Positions 38,575 to 52,300 of a stretch of 64,000 nucleotides of DNA are shown piece after piece. Source of the stretch: Antedon mediterranea. Its lineage: Eukaryota > Animalia > Echinodermata. Made by a program: the position numbers and the translations under genes. The notes under the pieces are model-generated. The model did no database searches. It saw only the letters and a program-made list of their open reading frames with translations, and was not told the DNA's origin. Positions within the stretch are counted from its first letter, which is position 1, and each line of letters opens with the position of its first letter. The stretch is taken from contig NC_092676.1 in NCBI RefSeq assembly GCF_964355755.1, positions 24,136,871 to 24,200,870 of the forward strand, in the 5' to 3' direction.

Positions 38575-38907
38575 TGTCCTGTAACAAGGCCTACATGGCT
38601 GCAGTCGCGTGCTCAAATTTGACTTAGTGTTTACCGACCGACCGACCAACCGACCGACATAGTGACCTAAAAAAAGAGACAAATATTATAACCTGTCTCG
38701 ACACCACCTCGATTCCTTTGAGGTCTTAAACTGTAAGTACATAATTGTCATGTAACAAGGCCTACATGGCTGCAGTCGCGTGCTCAAATTTGAGTTAGTG
38801 TTTACCGACCGACCAACCGACCGACAAAGTGACCTGAAAAAAGAGACAAATATTATAACCTATCTCGACACCAACACGTACCTCGCTTCCTTCGAGGTCT
38901 TAAACTG
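38575..38907. repeat. 171-bp tandem duplication containing (ACCG)n microsatellite, probable Helentron-type fragment
   Basis: GTAACAAGGCCTACATGGCTGCAGTCGCG at 38581 and 38752. Confidence 0.85.
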
Positions 38908-40153
38908 CTATTGTGAAATTGAAAATATCATAGTAGGCACATATTTCACACATATACACAGTGCTGGTTGTTACATTTTTTTTAAATATTAATAATTACG
39001 GTAGGGGCGTGGTGGGTTAGGTGTGTACCGGTATACCTACGAATGTACCATCAGCCTTTGACGATCCCTACCTTGTGGAGGTATTGCCACTGACAAAGGC
39101 AATTATAGGCGAATTATGAGCGGAATTTATTAACATCCGTACGATGATAAATAATTAGTGTCTTTGTTATCTTTTAAGTGTAGAAAGATATGCTAATAAT
39201 AGTCTTATTTATTGAAAATGTTTATTGCACGGGAAAATGTCGCCTTAATAAAATGGGTATCCTAAAGGAGGGGTTCTATCTGATGTAGGCCTTAGGATAG
39301 TTACTATCATACGGTACATGCATTGCTGGATTCCGGACTGGATTATATACAAAGTGCACTCAGGCACAGCTTAAACAGAGTCATATATAGGCCTAGCCTC
39401 TAATACCATGGGTTAGTATGATGCTTCAGTGTGTTCTTTAATCCTATCACGTAGGCCTAATAATCCTAAATAGGCCTATTCTCTGTTTAATGAAAATATA
39501 GATTATTTTCATTTAGCCGGTTATAGAAATGAATAACACTGACCTTCTTAAAGACTGAAGTGGTGTCTTCTTATTATAGTTCTGACATTCTTCTCTCAAA
39601 GCTGATATAATATATTATTAATATTAATGCTTTGTTGGTTTGCTGTTGGTTGATGCATGTCTGTACAGTTCAGGCTACAGCACGAAAGAGAAAGGTTAAA
39701 TATTTATTTAATAAAACACATTAATTATCTCTTCAAAACCATACTCGAAATTTGAGTTAGAAACACACGTTTCTCACGTAGGCACTTTCCAAATATAGCG
39801 ATGTGGGCTGCAATCTAACAAATATGGAAACATTAGTACCAAATATAGATAACTAATCATGAATATTCATTAGAAAAGGGTATCCTACTTATCATAGTCG
39901 TCAATTATAGGTCTAATTGCGGTACTACGCAATTTAAACTTTTGAGCTTCCTCCCCCTCTGAAATAAAGCAACAAATAATTATGAGTTGTTTCTATCATG
40001 CAAATTATGTCTAATAAATGTACTGCCAAACTATAACTATTTATTTTATAAGGTATCAAATCAGTATCAAATCAGTTTATTGATTAAAAAAATTAACATT
40101 ACAATTGTTTTGGTTTTTGGGGTGGCAAGTCAATGCATAGCAATTTCCCGGTT

Positions 40154-40167
40154 GTTGCAATGACAAC
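40154..40167. promoter_or_regulatory. RFX X-box-like motif
   Basis: GTTGCAATGACAAC, about 135 bp upstream of ATG 40301 in a CpG-containing segment. Confidence 0.55.
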
Positions 40168-40300
40168 TGGAAAGTGTTGTCGCTGGTGGCGTACTTCAAA
40201 TGTATGGATAGAACAGTTTTTTTGTGATGGATGGATCGACGACGAACGGTGACGGAATTATTTACTTTTTAAAAATATAATAATACTAAACATATTTATT

Positions 40301-43300
40301 ATGATGCATATTACTTATACCAACCGTCAAGGCTTCTTCTTGTGGAACGAGTTATGGTAAATTCTTAATAACTAGGCTAGGCCTAGCTGCTCTATTTTAT
40401 AGTTTAGGCTAGACTAGCTAGGCCAACAACTTGATACAAGTTGGCCGCCCAACAAACATTGCCTTGTCCCAGCCGGCAACACCTTATATTACGGCGTGGC
40501 TAGCCTAGGACTACAGTACATCAGTTACAGTAGATTCAAGAGTAGGCATTTTGTAATAGAGTAGTTGGTAGGCCTAGACTTATGACAGCAGAGTATGTAT
40601 TCTGTGATGTAGCCTATAGCCTAGCTTTTCAAAACTAGTTTTGGATTTTGATTAAATTAGACCATACATCCATCATGATTAGACTAACTAGAGTTGTTTT
40701 CCTCTTTCAGTTGCCTTTCAAGAGCTCTTGGAGTAAGTATTGGGGATTTTTATTTAGCCAAAAAAAAAAAATATAATTTACAAATTAATATTATTAGGCC
40801 TACCTAGAATTCAACTCATTCCGAGTGTTATTTTTTTAGTTTCAGGCAAATACCCTGAACAACTGTATTCCTGAGGAGACACAGAAATCTAGTAATGGAA
40901 TTGGCTACAAGGTCAGTAACTATGTCAAAAATTGACCCTTTGGGCCCAGTCAATACAGCAACAATCGTAGAGCCAGTAGTGAGCGTGTGCTCTTCTCTTT
41001 TGATTTTTCTAATCCTTGATCCGCTCTGATCATATATTTGCTTGAATAATGATCTTTGGGATACACAAAATTGTTTAGTTCTAGATATTTGTTTCTAAAT
41101 TTTGCTACAATTTACGTAAATTCACAAATTCAGCACTTCCACGCTATCATTAATATTACTATGATTTTAATACTACATCGTCATATATTATTTGAGTCAG
41201 CTTTCTTCCTCTTCCAAGTGGTTACTGACTGTTACTTGTTCTACACCATCTCTCCACTCCTTCCTATCTTGCACCTCCACATCATGTTCCTCCAAACCAA
41301 CTTTCTTTCTTTACCATATCTCTTTCCACATAACTACTTTATGTTTATTTTTTGTCTTATAGGAGATTTTAAAACTGATAGAATTAAAATGTTTCAATGA
41401 AGTAGTAGACAGAACATTCAACATGCATACAGCTGATTATAACGTCAATGTATTGAAGAAGAGTCTCAAATTATTAGACCATCATTTGCTGAGGTAAATA
41501 ATCATAACACTGGTCACTTGCGAAAATCCTAATAAAACTGGTCTCTTGCTAAAATCCTAATAATACTGGTCACTTGCTAAAATCCTAATAATACTGGTAA
41601 CTTGCTAAAATACTCATAACACTGGTCACTTGCGAAAATCCTAATAAAACTGGTCTCTTGCTAAAATCCTAATAATACTGGTAACTTGCTAAAATGCACA
41701 TAACACTGGTCACTTGCTAAAAAATGCTCATAACACTGGTCACTTGCTAAAATCCTCATAACACTGGTCACTTGCTAAAATCCTTATAACACTGGTCACT
41801 TGCTAAAATGCTCATAACACTGGTTACTTGCTAAAATCCTCATAACACTGGTCACTTGCTAAAATCCTCATAATACTGATTACTTGCTATAATCCCCATA
41901 ACACTGATCACTTCCTAAAATAGTAACATTGGTAACTTGCTAAAATCCTCATAACACTGGTCACTTGCTAAAATCCTCATAACACTGGTCACTTTCTAAA
42001 ATCTTAATAACACTGGTCACTTGATAATTTCCTCATAACCCTGGTCACTTGCTAAAATCCTCATAATACTGGTTATTTGATAAAGTAAATCCTCATAACA
42101 CTAGACATTTGACAATTTAATTCCTCATAACACTGGTCATTTTCTAAAGTTAAATCATCAACACTGGTGATTTTTTTCTGAGGACACATTTATCATCCGA
42201 CTTGCTTTTTACAGCTTTTCAGAATTGAATGATGTACGGATTGCTTTCCAAGTCTATGAGGCTGCAGACATGAGAGGTATGGTGCTGGATCAACACACAC
42301 TTATGAGAACACTCAAGGTATTCATAATTATTATTCTTAACTGTACAGAATTTTATAGTTGCACTGTAGTGTACAACATTATTTAGAGCACCTTCTATCA
42401 CTCTTAAGTGCCGTCTACACTAGCAAACTAGTTTGACTAAAAAAAGTTTGATGTGCCCAAATATGGTAGTGATATGTCCATATTTATGATAATTTCCATA
42501 TATGGGCATATCACTTTTTTTTGGTCACATACAGTTTGATAGTGTGAACAGAGCTTTAGATATTGTATTTCTTTAATTTTTATTTACTAAAGTGAATAAA
42601 GATTAAATACGATAACAGGTGCATGCAAGGTCAACTCCACTCAGTGGGTCACAAAAATAGATTGTATTATTTTTTTAGCACTGCTGCAATGTTTCATTTC
42701 ATATCAAGTTGTCATAAATAACAGTTGATTTTTTCACATTGACATTGAAAAAACAATTAATGTAAATTGTTATTGTTTGCTAGTTGTGTAACAGAACAGT
42801 TGCTCCACTGAAACTAATGCATCGTGTAAAACATCTGCAGGAATCCTTTGATGAACCAGAACGGATACAGTTTTATGAGTTCCTTGATTTACTTATTCTG
42901 TGAGTATTTTGTTTGCAAGTTTTACTTTTTATATCTCTGCTTTCCCGAGTCTAAGTGGTGATGCTTGACTACCAATACCAGAGTCCAATTCTGTTCAAAT
43001 TTTCCTCATGAAATAACATCTTCCACAGAAAAGAGAACATTGTTTATTTCTTTCATCTTTTTTAAAATACATTGCACGTGATTAATAAATATAATTAATA
43101 TTGTATAATGCTATAGAACCGACATTATTACTTTTTTTGTGTTAAATTCATTCCTTTAACCGTAACATTCTTTTTATTTCTTTCCCATTAGCATTGTTTG
43201 TATGCATATTTTCTATCTAATTTGTTTAATCATATTGACATTGTTTTCTATCTCTTAACTAAAGAAATTGTTTATGTACCAGAAAAGAGTAGATTAGAAC

Positions 43301-46300
43301 AACTTCTTGGCTGGATTATAATAACATATATTTTGAAATTATTTTCTATAGGTGTGACCTAATCCCAGATGTAAATGTTGGCCATAAAGACAGTTCTCTT
43401 GAGAAAACCAAACAAGAACTTTATGAGGTATATGTGATAGCTTTATAAGTAGTCCTGTAGTACAGACTTTTTTATCCTTTCATAACTAACTAACACAACT
43501 TGGGACCTATGAGTTTTATTTTTCTCTTGTTCATTTTTATTTATTTTCATACAACTTGAGAGATGTGCCAACTTGATTTATTTATCTTTTTGAAGCTCAG
43601 TAGAAATAATGCACAGTGGAACATCATCTGTACTATTGGAAACCATAAATGAACCTAAATTAAATACTGTAATTTATGCCTTATGGGATGCTTGTTGAAT
43701 TTTTTTTAGCTTGTCGACATAAAGGATGTCTGTACGACCTTAGATGAGAAGATTGAAGGTCAATTAAACTCTATGTTCATGCGCACAGAAAGAGATTATG
43801 GCAAGGAACATTTCGGGGATAAGCGAATTCCTCGGGAATCTGCAGTTGAAACAAGTGAGAGAAAAAAAAGGGTAATCTTGAATTTCAATCTTTAATAGTG
43901 TATGTAGTAATAATAAAGTAATGTAGTACAGAAATATAGAGATTCCAAGCAATGACGTCACAAATTTCATTTATTTCAGCATCATCAAAACAATTAAAGA
44001 TAAAATACAATGATTATATATACAGGAACCAAAGATCAAAACATCAAAAGCATAGAATAAAGTGATGCCAAGGATAGCCCATGAAAGTCCTCGAAGGACT
44101 CGTTTCGAATGTGGTCTTTTGGAAGAAAAAAGTCAACAAAACAAAAAACCTATCTAAATTCTTTTTTTTTCTCTTTTGTGGTGGGAAACCCACATTTATT
44201 TCAAAATTTATCTATTTAAATTCTAATGCATAGCTATAGTAGTGGGCTAATTGAAGACTCTAGTAGGTATCATAGGTGAAGTAAGGTTTTAAACTACATC
44301 TGAGTGGGCTTTCCGGTGATGATACCCTCACTGGTAGTCCTTTTGACTGCTGAGTGAGAATTTACATGTTCACCCTGCTGCAAAAACTTAACTGAACTCA
44401 TGGGAACTTGTGTATTTAGGATTTATCTGCTTGCCATTTCTTAACTTGGTAATCTTCCATTTGTTTTTGCACAGGTTCGACATCATGGTACGCGTTACAA
44501 AGATCTTCAGAGTCACATAAATAATTCTACAAGAAGAGTACAACGAATCAAGGCCGGTTATGTCCGAGAACGACCGGAATCTGCTCCGTCCTTTGAACCA
44601 TCTGAACGACCACACACAGTTGACCAGGTATGATGACAGGAGATTTCTATATATAACTCTGTGGCACTTTCTCACAGAATCGTGTGCCAGGAATATACAG
44701 GGGAATATACTGCATGCATGAAAAGGGCTTGTGAGACGGTACTTGAGTACTAACGCTAACCCATTATTCCAAGAATGGACACTCCTAAAAAGTAAAATGG
44801 AACAGTCCAACTAAAGCCATCATCCTTGTGTTATGATTTAAGAATAGGAAAGAGGATATTGGTATAAAGTAGAACAGTTTCATTTACTTTCTGAAGCTCT
44901 GTCTACACTATCCAACTTTATGTGACAAAAGAATATGATGTGCCCATATATGGACATGATGATGTCATATCACTACCATGTTTGGGCATATCACTACCAT
45001 ATTTGTGCACATCACACATTTTTGTCAAACTATTTTGATAGTGTAGAAAGAGATTTAGAAGATTGTGGGGCATAAATTCCAAGGGGGAAAAAATAGCATA
45101 GAGTGTATGACGGGTATCTTATTTATAGAACACCAGACCTGTATACGTGTTGTGTCATTGCGCCATTTTGGTTTGTTATTATAATACAACTGACTAGTAA
45201 CTGTACTCTGATTAATGAAGCAATTTAATGAATACAGGAGGTAAAGTCTCAAAGAAAATACATGTAATCTAACCTCTGACCTTTTGAATAACAACCTTTG
45301 TCATCTTATGACCTCCATGTGCAGTTTGGTGCAGTGACACAATGTTATTTAAAACAATAATCTATATAGCACCCTTTTACAATAACATAGGTAACAATGT
45401 GTTTATTTTATATGTACTGGAATAAAAACTTCCGTCGACCTCTGACACTAAAATAATAACCCATGTTAGTCTATTCTCATTTTCTTACATGATAGCTGTT
45501 TTCATAAAATAATGATTACAGAGCCCTCTATTATTAAACAAATGTAGGTAATAATACAACAGAATTCCATGAGTTAAAAGGACACATCAAAATGGCAAAA
45601 CCATCCAACCAACCAAGTTGCCTTAATATGAGGTTTGATTGTACTAATAATATTAAAATAATTGCACTGTTTTGTTACTAATATCTTTTCGATCATGCTG
45701 TTTATCATTCACTAAAATTTTTTCAATCTTTTCTCTCTTTTTTTTCCGGTAAATGTTTGTTGTGCTGTGTTTTTACCCAGATTGTGCATAACACATTCTC
45801 CAGAGCGGGTGTGTGCCTGCGTCTTCGACCCTTTTCAGCTCCTGAATTGTGTGTCAAGGAACCAGTGGTACATTCTGTCAAAGAGAAGGTTATTACTAAT
45901 TATCACTAGACTATATTTTATTTAAGTACCAGCTGTTTCCACTTAACCATGTTTGATAGTCTACACTATCAAACTAGTTTGACCAAAAAGTGTGATGTGC
46001 CTAATTATGGTAGTGATACTGTATGGCATCATCATATTTTGTGTCAAACTAGTTTGATGGGGTATACAGAGCTTTAGGCAAAATGTGGCATCAGTATTAC
46101 TATTATGTTTAACTGTGTGACCTTTGATACAGAATCACATGTGATACTACTATGTGACGCTGTATTTCATCAATTGCATATGATACTGTGCAAATTATAG
46201 ATTTATGTACTGAGAACAGTAACACCACATATTTCAGAAAGACATAATTGACAATATGGAGAAACATCCGCAAGCAATATTATAATAATACTTTTAATTC

Positions 46301-49300
46301 TCCTTATGGTTGTAAATCTTATGAAATCCTAACTTGAAAATCATGCACATTTTTTCATATCATGTTACATACTAAATTGCAGCTACTTATGTACACATTT
46401 AATGTACTTTATTATGTTAATTCCATAGAGTGTATCAACAACATTGAATCCTTGCCGTGACCCGAGAGCCATACTATTTGAGACGTATCTTGAACATTAT
46501 AAAAATCGTAAAGGTAACTATTTCTAATTAACATTATCATTCCTATGGGGCTTTTACCGTGATCAAATCAGAACACTCGTTTTGTATGCATGTGCAACAG
46601 AGATCAACTTGATATTCCATCGTCTTAAAACAAATCCGCTGAAAACATGCTTGCCCATTTAAGTGATAGAGAGCTTTTGATATTGCAACTACCTAAGGCA
46701 TAATATCGTGGTACTATGCAAATATATAGTTTTTTTGTCAAATTTTGCAATCACAACCAAACTTCATTTATTCATAGTTAAGCACAGTAAAATATAGTAC
46801 ATTGTTTGGAATTATTTTGTTTGTTCAAAGTTTACATTATTAGTTAAAATTTGGTAAAATACAGATAAAATTCATCATTTAAAATACAAAAATATATAAA
46901 TAATATCGTTTAAAAAAAACAAGCAAGATTAGTGTGTTTAATGGTATAGCATAAAATAATCAGTGTTTCCCATTGAATCTTTTTTTGGGGTGTACGGTCA
47001 TTTGGAAAACACAAAATTTATTTTAAAAAGCTGGATGGCATAAATGTACAATTTACATAAGTCATAGGTTTTTGTAAATCAAAATCTCCCTAATACCTCG
47101 AGACAATATTCTTGTGTTTACTTTCTAAATGTGATAACGTTTAGTATAGTATTATTTATTTCATTTCTTTATTCGAATTCAAAACAAAATAGCATTGAAA
47201 AACAGTATAGGAATGAATTCAGGGTAGCACAAAAAAGTAACCAATGGTCAAACCTATTTCCATTGTGGCACTTTGCATTGTGTAAGATACATTGAATTAT
47301 TTATATTATAAACCTACCGTTAATAACAGATTTTTTAATTAATAAATTTAAATAGATGATTTCCCTTCAAGAGGTACAGTAGTCTTCCACTATGGTGAGA
47401 CTTCTGTCTATTTCCTCGTCTGGTATTCATGCATATAACCTCTTGATTCTGTCAGAATCTTTATTTATTTCTTTATTTATTTATTTATTCTTATCTTAGT
47501 ACTATTTGTCCGTCAATTATCTTGATATCAATTTCATCTAACTAAGTCAATTTTTCAGAGTATATTCCTTATGGCCAGGAATCGATGAGGTTATGTTTTC
47601 ACGGTGCGCAATCAAACATTACGCGGTCTACGCGCGATTTAACGAAATCACATTTGTAATCATCTTCACAAGCATGAATCACTTTTAAACAAAATTTGGT
47701 ACTCATAAATTTCAGGTCATATTTCATCATATGGCAATACAATTACGTGCGTAGCGCATATAACGCATGCGTACGCGCGCTTAAAATGTTCAAAATTTTC
47801 AGAATTTATTTTCGATGAAATTAGAGTATGTTTCAGGCAATTTTAAGCGTTTAAAAATTGCCATAAGTGCGCAGATTTTTGCACGCGCACTGCGCGTCAA
47901 ACTTTATTGCGCACTGTTTTTGTCCGATTACTGTTGTATAACCTTTCTTTAACAATATCATCATATTGTATTAACTTTTCAACGCGAAACAGCGTTATAC
48001 GAGCACGTCAAAAGTGACAGGCTACGCACGTGTAAGTTAACAAAATGGTGAAAATAGGCTAAATTTTTAAATTAATATATATCATTAGAATGCTCGGGAA
48101 CACCAATTTTTTATTTCATTTTCTTGAAGTGTATGTATCGTATGTATGATTTATTATGAAATTAAGAGAACAAAAGTTGATTAAGTCATCATTAATGGCA
48201 TATTAAATTTACAAAAATTAATTTCGACAATCAAACAAATTATAACATTTTCTTAGGCCGAAATAACAAACTTAACATTAACTTTCTTCCCTAAGAAGTT
48301 CATATATTAAAGTTAAAAGTATATAGTTTGACAGTGCATCATTTTTAAAAATCTTTAGGCCTAAAGATGTCATCATAGTAAAACATTATAATTCATTGCG
48401 GTATGTAATAATCTATCTGCACCAAAGTGGTTACTGCATAGTAAATACACGGAGGAATATTTCCATAATTTTTAGTCAGTTGTGTATGGCTCGGTGGTCT
48501 TTGCTCGTGTCTATAGCATTCAAGGTACCGAGTTCGAGTCTCACCTTGGGAAACGAAACGAAATAAGATTTTTTTTATTACCCGTATTGTTTGTTCAATT
48601 GTATTTCTTAGTGTATAGATTATACAGATGATTTATAATGAAATTTATTTTATAAATGTGGTTTATGACATTATATACGCAGAAGGATCTTTGATCGGAT
48701 TATGATACCGGCTATTGTATTTGCGTTAGCAAGATCCTATCATATATTATAAATAATAATAAAGATTCTGAGAAAATCAACCAATCAAAATATCTTAAAT
48801 CAATCAATTATCTTTATTTAAATCAATGCATATAACCTATAATTCGTCATAGTGACGAATTAAATCTAGTTGTTCATTAGTTTCGTATCTGCTGCCAAAA
48901 TGGAGGACCAGTTACAGCATAAACAAGCCCTTTAGACATAGACTTAAATTTAGATTTAAATCTATAATTTGTTTCAATCGTAAATTGCCCACATAAATTA
49001 TTATTAGTACTGTAGTACATTCACTCATGACATATATACTATTAAATGTGACTTTATCACTCATAAACTAATTCTATAAATCAACCCCAAAGGTATAAAT
49101 CATAAATTCCAATATTCATTTTCATTTCTGCTTATTTCAGACTTCATATACACAGTACATAATCAACACAAGTTACTCAACAGTTTTACATTTAAAACAA
49201 ATTTTCTGAAGATTTATTTCAGCTAGAAAATTGATGTTAACAGAACGCACTCGTGGGTGTAAGCTTAACTTAATTCTTCGGAATAAAGCTATTTTCTCAT

Positions 49301-52300
49301 AAATTACATTTTTATTAACAAAAAGTGTTTCTGGGCTGGCATAATAATTTCCTCAGCGCATTGTTATAGCACATCTGAGTCTATTTACCAAGGAAACTCT
49401 GTATGGGGACCAGAGGGTAAGACCAATAGACACTCAGTGTGAGCAAAACAAAAAACATTTAACTGTGTCAGAACATTTAATGAAAGTATTTATTTTATTG
49501 GGAACAACAATTTGATTATTCTGAAAGTAAAAAATGCCACGTATTTGAGCTAGGGGAAACATACACACAGCATCTCTCCAAGTTGTTGGTTACATGAACT
49601 TCAACCTAGATTTTTATTATTTTGCACATTTAGATCTACACTTCACTGAGGTTAAACAAAATTCTTTTTTTTTTATAAATAAAAATAAAATTTCATTTTA
49701 ACTATCAATCGCTCAGTGTTTTCTTTTAACAAATTTTGTACGTGGGCGGCCGTCGAGAACCATGTCATTTCCCATGGCCTTTTAAGATTTTCTTGCTACC
49801 TGTATTTTATGTAGCCACTCGTATCACTCCAGTTGTTCACTAATTGTGTACAGTAAATTTAGTCCTCTGCTGCCAGAATACATTTTAATAATCATGATTT
49901 TTTCCCGTCTACAGTAGATGCTTAAAATCAAAGCAAGAGTCATTATGCCACCTCAATTTTTTTTTTTTAATCACGTCACAGATTTTGCTTGAATTGAACA
50001 TGACAAATTCAATGCTCCATATCTCTTGAACCGAGAGTCTGATTAAGCTAAAAATTGGAACTTCGACATTTAACTTAAGGGAAATGAGGTGTGAAAAAAG
50101 GAAGTTAAAAAATGCTATTAGAATAGTAGTAGCATCTAAACAAAATGGTGTTAAATTCTAAATTTATCCTACACTATTAAGGCCTTCATTAGCAAATATA
50201 ATGCACTGCAGAACCACAGTTAAAGGGACTTATTTAGCATATTTATTTGAATACGGTAAACACCCCACACTTTGAATAAATGCACCCCTCGATTAAATCA
50301 ATAAATACATTTTTACTGTATTTTATAAATTATTGATATTAATTGTGTTGTATTTTTTCATATCCAGGGGGTATTTTTTGATTATACATGTTAACTTATT
50401 TCACGCAAAAGAACAAATCCCAACCTAATAAATGGCTTCCTCGAATAAACGCTCCTCTAAAAACCCTCCTGAACAATAAACACCCGGAGCGTTTCTTCGA
50501 ATAAATACAGTATTCCAATTTTGAATTGCGAAAGCTTATTACAAACACCACATACAACCTTGTCTGATTACCTTAAATCATTTTATGTCGTTAATAGCAA
50601 ATTCTGATTTACATTGCCATTAAACAAGTTTCAATCAACACACAAGCACACCGACGGTGCCTGTATATCATGTTTTAAAAGAAAGTCTATTTGTAATAGT
50701 CTGGCTATTGTCAGCAAAAGTAGGGCTACTATTGAAAAGGTCTACATATTTTTGTAAGTTTTTTACATTCTGTGTTGCAAACAATTGTGTCATGGAATCG
50801 ATTAAATTTAATTATTTTCCTTTTGTATCATAACAGCTATAGCAGTTTTATAAAAATAACATATAAAACACATGAAGAGATAAAAAAACTGAAAACTAAA
50901 CTAATTTATCCATCCTGTAATTGGCAAGTTTAATTGTGCTCACTGTTGGATGCGTATGAAATTTAAAAAAAATATATATATAGCATCAGCATTTTAATAG
51001 CAATAATTAAATACATACAAAATAATAAACGTTCTTTTTAATATAATAATATAAAACTGTATTTCTCAAAAATAAAATGCATAGCAAAAACATATATACA
51101 TATATGAGTATTATAATAAATCTACTCTAAAAGATGTCAGACCAGCTGATGTACAAATTTGAATTTAAAAGCAATTTATTAAACACAGTTTAGGTGAAGA
51201 AAATTAATGAAAAAAGAAAAAAAAAAATATTTGTATCCGTTTCCATTTATTAATAATTATACATCTTGAATAAAATGAAAACTTTACAATAATTGTCAAC
51301 ATTATAATTTGTTTTATGCTGTAGATCAAAACAGATCTAATCACATTATTTTAATTTATGTATAGCGCATGCTTGCTTATATGCGCTATATAAGAATGAA
51401 CTATTATTATTATTATTTTTTAAACTGTACGTCCATAATTTATATTATTACAATTTTTGTCACAAATATTTTTTATTCAAAACCTTTTTCCTCTGTCATA
51501 ATAAAGTGACTCGCATCATTTGAGACAAAATTATTTGTCATCTGTTTAACAAATATATATATATATATATATTTATAATAAACGTTAATCTGACTTTGTA
51601 AGATACATTTCGTGAATTAAAGGCTAGTCAAAATTTGATAATGGATATAAGATTAAAGAGACCTTAATTGTCGCGTCTTTTGTTTACGTGGCAATGAAAA
51701 ACTTAGCTTATAGCTATAAATGTTGGATTCGTTCGTTTTTGTGATAAACATTCATTCACTACTAAAATCCATCATTGTTCACACTTAAGTAATAAAGTGT
51801 TGGCCTGTAGTGTTAAATGTTCATTATTACTGAAGAGACCTTAGTTACTGTAGTTAAGTCTGCTATCTATTTTGTTCACCATAGCTACATAGTACATACA
51901 TACATAGTATCTTGTCATATGAGTGGAGTTGTGGCTTGGTGGTTATGATGCTTGGCTACCACTCCAGTCCTGTCACATGTCAGGATTTTTTTCTAAGGAC
52001 AATATTACAACTCCACTCCCAAAGACCAAAGACAAAAAAAAAGTTTTTCCTATTCATATTAGTAATAATAATGGTAGTCTTATATAGCACCTAATACAAT
52101 GTTTCTACACGCTTTACTCTAAAAAATGATCATAAAATATCCTAAGATAAGGTAGTGCAACTACATACATAGTAACTTGTTACACTTGTACCAAAGAATA
52201 TATATCACAAGAATGAGTATTCCGCGATTTTTGCATGAGAAATTTGTAACAGAGAGCTCCAGAGAGTGATGCCCGCCCTCACAAGGGCGGATGTATACAT

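Noticed and set aside
41503-42172. CRISPR-like 28-bp repeats
   Set aside because: The units are head-to-tail with no unique spacers and no cas genes, inside a eukaryotic intron.
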